Below the pieces are notes generated by a model. That model was not told the DNA's origin, did not search any database, and was given only the letters and a program-made list of their open reading frames with translations. From a virus (Duplodnaviria; Caudoviricetes): a stretch of 52,656 nucleotides of DNA. This document shows, in pieces, positions 46,753 to 52,656 of the stretch; position 1 is the first letter of the stretch; the number at the start of each line of letters is the position of its first letter. The translations under genes were made by a program, and so were the position numbers. The stretch lies in the IMG/VR virus record IMGVR_UViG_3300011335_000305, positions 1-52,656 of that record; one strand, 5' to 3'.

Positions 46753-49587
46753 CTATTTAAAACCTTTTGGAGGTGGCGGTACAGTACTAGCGCCTGAATT
46801 TACTGGTGGCGCTCCACTTGGGCTAACTGTAGCAAGGTCTGCTGCCGTAATTGGTTTTAAACTTGAATTAAAACCTAACATATTTTTCATTTCAGCTGGC
46901 ATATTTTTCATTACTCTTTGCTGAGCTAAATTATAAGCTTCTTCTTCTGGCATATCCATTTGATATGTTTGTTTATAAAATGCTCGAATATTAGCCATTT
47001 CATTCTTTAATGAATTGCCAAATGCGTTGTAAGCTTTAATATAGTTTGCCTGTTGTTGCGTTGCAGCAGTTTGTGCCCCTATATTTTTAGCATACAAAGC
47101 ACCCAATGTTTTAGCATCAATGTTACTTTGTGCTTTAATTATTGTATCAAGATTACCCATCTTACGAGCATAACGGTTTTTTTCAGTATCTGTCTGCTGA
47201 CCAAGCAAATATCTTTTATCTGCTTCTGTACTAGCTTGATTCTTTAAATAATCCTCAAACCCAGTTTCAGCTCCAGCGCCAATATTGGCATTTGCAAATG
47301 GTGAAGTACCGCCATACGCTTTTAATCCACCCCTCATTAACGCCATGTAAGGTGCAAGCTCTTCACGTTTTTTAACGGTTTCTCCATATGCGTTTCTAGC
47401 CGCTTCGGATTGTGCAAACGGATCTGGTGCTGTATCTAACTCCTCTAAACGCCTACGGATTAAATCTTGGTAATCCATTGTGTCGGCATTTTGTTTCATC
47501 TTTTCACCCTTACCACCAGAAGGTGTTACTACATCACCTTTTGCAAAAGCAATAATTCCACCATCATTAAACTGTTGTGGAACTAAATCGCCAGTTGGTA
47601 TATCGGTAATACCAGCATTAATTACCTTTGCAGCTTCAGGGTTAGCTTCTATTCTTTGGTTAGTTTGCAATCTTCCCATCATGGCAAGCTTATCTTCTGG
47701 TGCAACAAATGGGCTGTTCTGTCCTTTTTTAAGTTGTTCATCACTTAATAAGTCAACAGAAACACCGCCTTGTGCCATCTTAACTACGCCACCTTTTTTA
47801 GCTTTAAATCCACCCATAGCACCGTATGCTCCAAGACCCGTAGCTCCAAGTCCGGCAATTTGTGATACTGGGTTAGGCGCAGCTTGGTACATCTGTGTAG
47901 ATCCAGACTGTAAAGGAAGGCCACGCAACTGAGCATTCATAAACGCAAGTTGTTGTTGTGGGTACTGTTGCGATACAGCGTAATTCTGAATTGCTTGATT
48001 GATTAAGTTTTGCTGTTGTTGCTGTTGCTGTGCTCCAACTTGACCTTGCAATCCATAAATACCTTGTTGGGCTTGCAACTGTTGACCGCCAATACCGGCA
48101 AGTTGATTAGCCATCTGCCCAGCTTGACCTAATCCTTGTAAACCATATTGACCAGCACCAATAGCTCCTTGGACTCCTTGTAATCCAGCTTGAGCACCTT
48201 GCATACCCATACCAGCACCTTGCATTCCTTGTGCAGTTCCTTGCAATCCTAAGTTAGCAGCAGCTTGTTGTGCACCAACGCCCTGTAAACCAGTTTGTGC
48301 ACCTTGCATAGCTTGAGTGCCAGCTTGCCCAGCACCCTGTAAACCCATGCCGTATCCTTGCATAGCTTGTGAACCGGCTTGTTGTGCGCCTTGTAAACCC
48401 ATGCCATAACCAGCTAATGCCTGTTGCCCAGCTTGACCAACTCCTTGAAGTCCTTGCGCAGTGCCTTGCATACCAGCTTGTAAACCTTGCAATCCTAAGT
48501 TAGCACCATACTGTTGAGCTTGTTGAGCTTGTTGGAACGCTTTATCGTAACCCTGACCAATGGCTTGTTGTTTAGCAATTTGAGCTGCTCTTTGGTTTTC
48601 AGAAGACATTAATGCTTCACGGCTTCCACCGAATGCGCCAGATTTAGCTGCACCACTTCGTTGTTGTGTTCCACTAATATCGGCTTGACGTTGAATCTCA
48701 GCAAGTTGTGGCTCTAAAGATGCTTGTACATATGGATTCATGTATGCTTGTAATGCAGCAGGACTTGTTGCCTGTTGTGCATATTGACTACCAGCACCGG
48801 CCGCTTGAGCTCCTAATCCAGCTCCCATGCCACCATAACCTAAAGACTGACCTGCATACTGTTGACCAGATAAGGCTCCTAAACCACCATACAAATTAGA
48901 TTGACCAGCAGCAGTTTGCCCAGCTTGTGAACCTAAACCACCGTATAAATTAGATAATCCGGCAGCTTGCTGTCCAGCTCCAGCTCCTTGAGCCCCATAC
49001 ATTCCAGCTTGTCTTGCCGTTTGCATTGCTGCCCGTTGTGCTAGATCAGCTCCTTGTGATCCATACTCCGCACCCGCTCCGCCAAATTGCGCTCCAGCAG
49101 TGCCATAACCTAAAGCTTGATTTTGTAAGCCACCAGCTTGCCCTGCTGCGCCCATTGAACCAGCAGCAGCTTGCCCAGTTAAATTACTAGCTGCTCCATA
49201 CTGGGAAGGTAATTGTAAATTAGCAATTCCTTGCTGAGCTTGTTGTTGTAATGGCGTAAATCCAGCAATTGCATTTTGAGCAACTTGCATATTTCCAGCC
49301 ATTTCTTGCGGAGAATATGCTTGTCCAGTAGCTTGATTTAATCCGTAAGGTGTATATGGTTTAATGCCGGTAACTTGTGTTGTACCATCTGCATTTTTTG
49401 ATGTATTAAATAATTGTTGCTGAGTAGCTCCAAGCATTGTCTCAACATAAGGCTGGGCATATTCAGGTATATTAGTATTGGTTACTGTTGATTGTGAAGG
49501 ACCGGCTGGTGCTGAGCTTCCCCCCCCTCCCAAATTTAAAGTAAATTGGGTTATTAGAAAATGTTGCCAAAACTTGATTATGTTCAT
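46753..49587 (-). CDS. Internal virion / DNA ejection (pilot-like) protein
   Basis: 944 aa G/Q/A-rich repeats; YMNPY and GAFGGSR motifs; GG motifs. Confidence 0.7.
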   Translation of the reverse strand: MNIIKFWQHFLITQFTLNLGGGGSSAPAGPSQSTVTNTNIPEYAQPYVETMLGATQQQLFNTSKNADGTTQVTGIKPYTPYGLNQATGQAYSPQEMAGNMQVAQNAIAGFTPLQQQAQQGIANLQLPSQYGAASNLTGQAAAGSMGAAGQAGGLQNQALGYGTAGAQFGGAGAEYGSQGADLAQRAAMQTARQAGMYGAQGAGAGQQAAGLSNLYGGLGSQAGQTAAGQSNLYGGLGALSGQQYAGQSLGYGGMGAGLGAQAAGAGSQYAQQATSPAALQAYMNPYVQASLEPQLAEIQRQADISGTQQRSGAAKSGAFGGSREALMSSENQRAAQIAKQQAIGQGYDKAFQQAQQAQQYGANLGLQGLQAGMQGTAQGLQGVGQAGQQALAGYGMGLQGAQQAGSQAMQGYGMGLQGAGQAGTQAMQGAQTGLQGVGAQQAAANLGLQGTAQGMQGAGMGMQGAQAGLQGVQGAIGAGQYGLQGLGQAGQMANQLAGIGGQQLQAQQGIYGLQGQVGAQQQQQQQNLINQAIQNYAVSQQYPQQQLAFMNAQLRGLPLQSGSTQMYQAAPNPVSQIAGLGATGLGAYGAMGGFKAKKGGVVKMAQGGVSVDLLSDEQLKKGQNSPFVAPEDKLAMMGRLQTNQRIEANPEAAKVINAGITDIPTGDLVPQQFNDGGIIAFAKGDVVTPSGGKGEKMKQNADTMDYQDLIRRRLEELDTAPDPFAQSEAARNAYGETVKKREELAPYMALMRGGLKAYGGTSPFANANIGAGAETGFEDYLKNQASTEADKRYLLGQQTDTEKNRYARKMGNLDTIIKAQSNIDAKTLGALYAKNIGAQTAATQQQANYIKAYNAFGNSLKNEMANIRAFYKQTYQMDMPEEEAYNLAQQRVMKNMPAEMKNMLGFNSSLKPITAADLATVSPSGAPPVNSGASTVPPPPKGFK

Positions 49588-49988
49588 AATTTAAATTCCA
49601 TCAAAGTAGCTTTTTTACTAAACCCAACATGTTGGTAAAGTCTAGCGGCTGAATCTCTTGCGTAACATTGAACTCTGGTTGCACCATAATTTTTAGTTAT
49701 ATTACAAACTTGTTCAAACAACTCTTTATTAACTACTGTTTTACCACCTAAAGTAGTGATAATGGCTGTTCTATTGTTTGCACCATTTTCAAAACTTACA
49801 GTTAATGCACCGTGTATGTTTTTATTTTCATCTAATATTACTAATAAAATCCATGCTCCTGATAAAACATATACTTTTACTTGTTCAACACTGTAATCAT
49901 CACCATATTGCACAGCATCTTTAATGTAATTTTCTACTAAATTCCAGTTTTGTGCGCAATAATTTTGATGCAAATGTTGAATAATCAT
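49584..49988 (-). CDS. GNAT-fold-like protein of the ejection module
   Basis: 134 aa; ARDSAARLYQHVGF resembles the GNAT C-terminal motif. Confidence 0.5.
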   Translation of the reverse strand: MIIQHLHQNYCAQNWNLVENYIKDAVQYGDDYSVEQVKVYVLSGAWILLVILDENKNIHGALTVSFENGANNRTAIITTLGGKTVVNKELFEQVCNITKNYGATRVQCYARDSAARLYQHVGFSKKATLMEFKL

Positions 49989-51856
49989 GCTGGTAAATGC
50001 TTATATGCCTTTGTATTCTGTGCAAACTTGCCTTTGCCAATTGATTTCTTGCGAGCATTTTGTACATTGTCCATCATTTTATATAATCTTTTTGCACCAG
50101 CTTCAGTAGATCCATTACCTAACTCTGAAACAATTCTAGCCGGAACTACAAACTCACCATCAGCCAGTCTAGCTTCTTGTCTTTGACCAATTTTAGCTGG
50201 AATGTTATCGCTTACGCCATCGCCCGGACCACGCAACAAACGTCCACCATCGGAGTACATTCCTAAAGATGCAATACCACCTCTAGCGTATTGTTCACGC
50301 TCAAGATACGGTTTAGTAACTGTACTAGCTTGATATGTATTTGGATCAAAAGTTGATTGATTAGGATTTGTATATGGCTTACCGCCTAAAATTGACATCA
50401 TATCTGTTAAATTTGCATTTGAATTTGCTTTTTGATATTGACCAAGATTTTTTAATCTATTTGCCATAGAAACATCACCACCAGAAGCCATCCCAATACC
50501 TTGTTGCATTGGGGGCGCACCGTATTGTTTATAATTACCGCCCGGTTGTTGACTTAAATCGTATTGTTGCGCTCCCATTGCACCACCAGCTTTTTGGTCT
50601 TGTGGTATTCCGCTTAGTCCTTGTAAAAACTGTCCAGCCAATAAAGTCCCTTGGTTTGTTTGTATAGGCGTAAAGCCGTTAACATCAGCAGACATGCCTT
50701 GAGCAGATTGCGCATTGTCTTGCATATTCATTTGCGCACCTTGAGCCTGAGCACCTTGAGCTTGTGGTGCAGCGCCAGCAGGGGATTGACCTTGGGCACC
50801 TTTTAATAAACTTGCTAATGAACCCGCAGAACCACCTTGAGGACCACCCGGGGGGGCGTAACCACCACCTCCACCAAATCCACCACCAGCAGGAGTATAA
50901 GGAGAATTGCCAGCGTCATCTATATTAATTGGTACGTTTAGTTGCATCTGTCCACTACCTGTTACACCTCCACCAGCAAAATTAGATATACTTGCAAGTC
51001 CACCACGAGCCATGCGGTTAGCAATGTTTCCACTCATTGGATCTGTTGCCATAGAGTACTGTGAAGTCCCCTGTTCATAAGATGACGGGTTAGCAAAGTT
51101 TGTTTGTGGGGGTATACCGCCCATAGCTAAACCACCCATAGCCATTTGTCTATAAGCGTAAGGTAATGGGGGAACATCTGCCGGAGTATATCTGTCTGGA
51201 TCATATCTAAAATTAGCTAATGATCCACCTTTATATTTTGAATCTGGCGGCACATAAGCACTAGTTGGCTTAGCACTTAGTATTTCATTAATTCCAGCTA
51301 TACCGCCACCAATAGCTTCTGCTTTTGGCATGCCAAATAATTGTGGTTGAGCGGCAATTCTAGATGCGTCAGCTTGTTGAGCCATTGATTTTAATACATC
51401 TTGTGATGGCCCTGTTGTAGATGGCAAATTAGCAATAGGATTGCTACTAACAGTCATTTCTCCACTTGGAAGATATTCAAAATTTGGTGGCGTAAATGTG
51501 GCTTGAGGGGTAGGATACACAGCAGGAGTTGGCAATGAACTTAACCCAGCATTTGATGCTGTTGGTCCGGAAGCTAACATGGAGCCTGATTCAGCAGGAT
51601 TTACTCCGCCAAAATATCCAGATGCAGCGCCACCAAGTCCACCCATAAGGGCAGATTGAAGAGGATCTTTGCCTGTAGCTGCCCCAGCAAGTCCACCTAA
51701 TGTGGCACCAGTAACAGCTGTTGCTGCTGTTGCACCAAGGCCTAAACCAGCTGCGCCACCTGTCATAAGCATAGGGGCAAGAGCGGGAGCTGCTATACCG
51801 GCAGCTATCATTAGCCCCATGTTTAATAAATTATCGTTTCCTGAGCCACCTGACAT
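49985..51856 (-). CDS. Internal virion protein
   Basis: 623 aa G/A-rich; repeated MAxGG; C-terminal GPGDGVSDNIPA...ARLADGEFVVPA domain. Confidence 0.7.
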   Translation of the reverse strand: MSGGSGNDNLLNMGLMIAAGIAAPALAPMLMTGGAAGLGLGATAATAVTGATLGGLAGAATGKDPLQSALMGGLGGAASGYFGGVNPAESGSMLASGPTASNAGLSSLPTPAVYPTPQATFTPPNFEYLPSGEMTVSSNPIANLPSTTGPSQDVLKSMAQQADASRIAAQPQLFGMPKAEAIGGGIAGINEILSAKPTSAYVPPDSKYKGGSLANFRYDPDRYTPADVPPLPYAYRQMAMGGLAMGGIPPQTNFANPSSYEQGTSQYSMATDPMSGNIANRMARGGLASISNFAGGGVTGSGQMQLNVPINIDDAGNSPYTPAGGGFGGGGGYAPPGGPQGGSAGSLASLLKGAQGQSPAGAAPQAQGAQAQGAQMNMQDNAQSAQGMSADVNGFTPIQTNQGTLLAGQFLQGLSGIPQDQKAGGAMGAQQYDLSQQPGGNYKQYGAPPMQQGIGMASGGDVSMANRLKNLGQYQKANSNANLTDMMSILGGKPYTNPNQSTFDPNTYQASTVTKPYLEREQYARGGIASLGMYSDGGRLLRGPGDGVSDNIPAKIGQRQEARLADGEFVVPARIVSELGNGSTEAGAKRLYKMMDNVQNARKKSIGKGKFAQNTKAYKHLPA

Positions 51857-51889
51857 ATTAGACCTCTCTTAATTTCTCATATAATAGCA

Positions 51890-52537
51890 TTAATTTAATG
51901 CCGATACAAAGGATAATGTTGCTACAACTGAAGCTGTTGATGGTTTAGTTGGGGTACCACTTGCTGCGTAAGTTTCTATTGTTACACTAGCGTTAGTTGT
52001 AGACCAGTAAATCTCAACATAATCCCCTGCGTTCATACTTAAAAAGTAATTCCACCCTTTAATATCATGAAATGGGTCGCCCGGATTTTTACGGGCTGGT
52101 AGTCCAACTTTACCTGTAGACCCTACAATATCCGTACCATTTTGTTTAAGCCAAATAAAAATATCATGCGGGGCATTGTTTGCGTTTTGTACTTGTACGC
52201 TAAATTGCAGGTTGTAGATTCCGGGATTTACGACTGTTATCTTCGAACTAGCTATGGACACACCGTTAGAAAAATCTGTGGTGTTTAGTGTCATTAGCGT
52301 AGCTGTATTAACTGTAGCTGTTTGGCTTACAAAACTAGAGAACGCCCCGTATGGATTATTTAAAAACGCTCCGCCTTGTCCGGCTAATATTGACCCCATG
52401 TTATCAAGCTGGTTAAAGTAAAGCCTCAATACGTTGAGCAACTGATTAATATATTCTTGGTTATAGTTAACCGGACCAATAGGTAAATTAGGTGCCTTTG
52501 GAGGCAGTAATGGCAGGATTTTATTAGGAGTAACCAT
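51890..52537 (-). CDS. Tail-associated protein
   Basis: LRLYFNQLD N-terminus; GIYNLQFSVQ...AGDYVEIYW beta-sandwich C-terminus. Confidence 0.65.
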   Translation of the reverse strand: MVTPNKILPLLPPKAPNLPIGPVNYNQEYINQLLNVLRLYFNQLDNMGSILAGQGGAFLNNPYGAFSSFVSQTATVNTATLMTLNTTDFSNGVSIASSKITVVNPGIYNLQFSVQVQNANNAPHDIFIWLKQNGTDIVGSTGKVGLPARKNPGDPFHDIKGWNYFLSMNAGDYVEIYWSTTNASVTIETYAASGTPTKPSTASVVATLSFVSALN

Positions 52538-52656
52538 TATCTATCCGTCCAATGTGTACGTTCTAATTCTTTACGAGCTGTAACGGCTTCTTCAATAGTA
52601 TTACAAAGTTTTGAATAAAATGAATTTTTATTTGATGTAATTTTTGCAATATATTT
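52537..52656 (-). CDS. C-terminal fragment of an AP2-domain (HNH-AP2-like) protein
   Basis: KYIAKI...TIEEAVTARKELE; truncated by the window edge. Confidence 0.5.
   Translation of the reverse strand, partial: KYIAKITSNKNSFYSKLCNTIEEAVTARKELERTHWTDR

Overview
The window is most of the genome of a tailed dsDNA phage (podovirus-like layout). It resembles uncultured freshwater phages; a Betaproteobacterial host is only a guess. Minus strand 1-16669: morphogenesis module (tail and adaptor proteins, small basic GG-motif proteins, Mu gpT-like major capsid, scaffold, GroES-like co-chaperonin, portal, TerL, TerS). Plus strand 16.8-23.3 kb: cluster of about 25 tiny early-type genes. Minus strand 23.3-33.7 kb: replication and recombination genes (Toprim primase, SF2 helicase, ParB-like, ERF, exonuclease, sigma-region-4 proteins). 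Then RusA, a 4217-aa polyvalent protein and putative ejection proteins. The standout is an apparent RNA regulatory circuit. Three type I hammerhead ribozymes punctuate the early operon and each cleavage exposes a leader with a shared TGCTAGGA motif. The motif also sits just behind three promoters and one long hairpin. A separately transcribed ~125-nt RNA (27261-27387, minus) presents the complement of these leaders in a loop. Other oddities: a small protein carrying the capsid C-terminal motif, a gene overprinted inside the giant protein, and three dispersed copies of a 17-bp palindrome. All calls are by eye; no searches were run.
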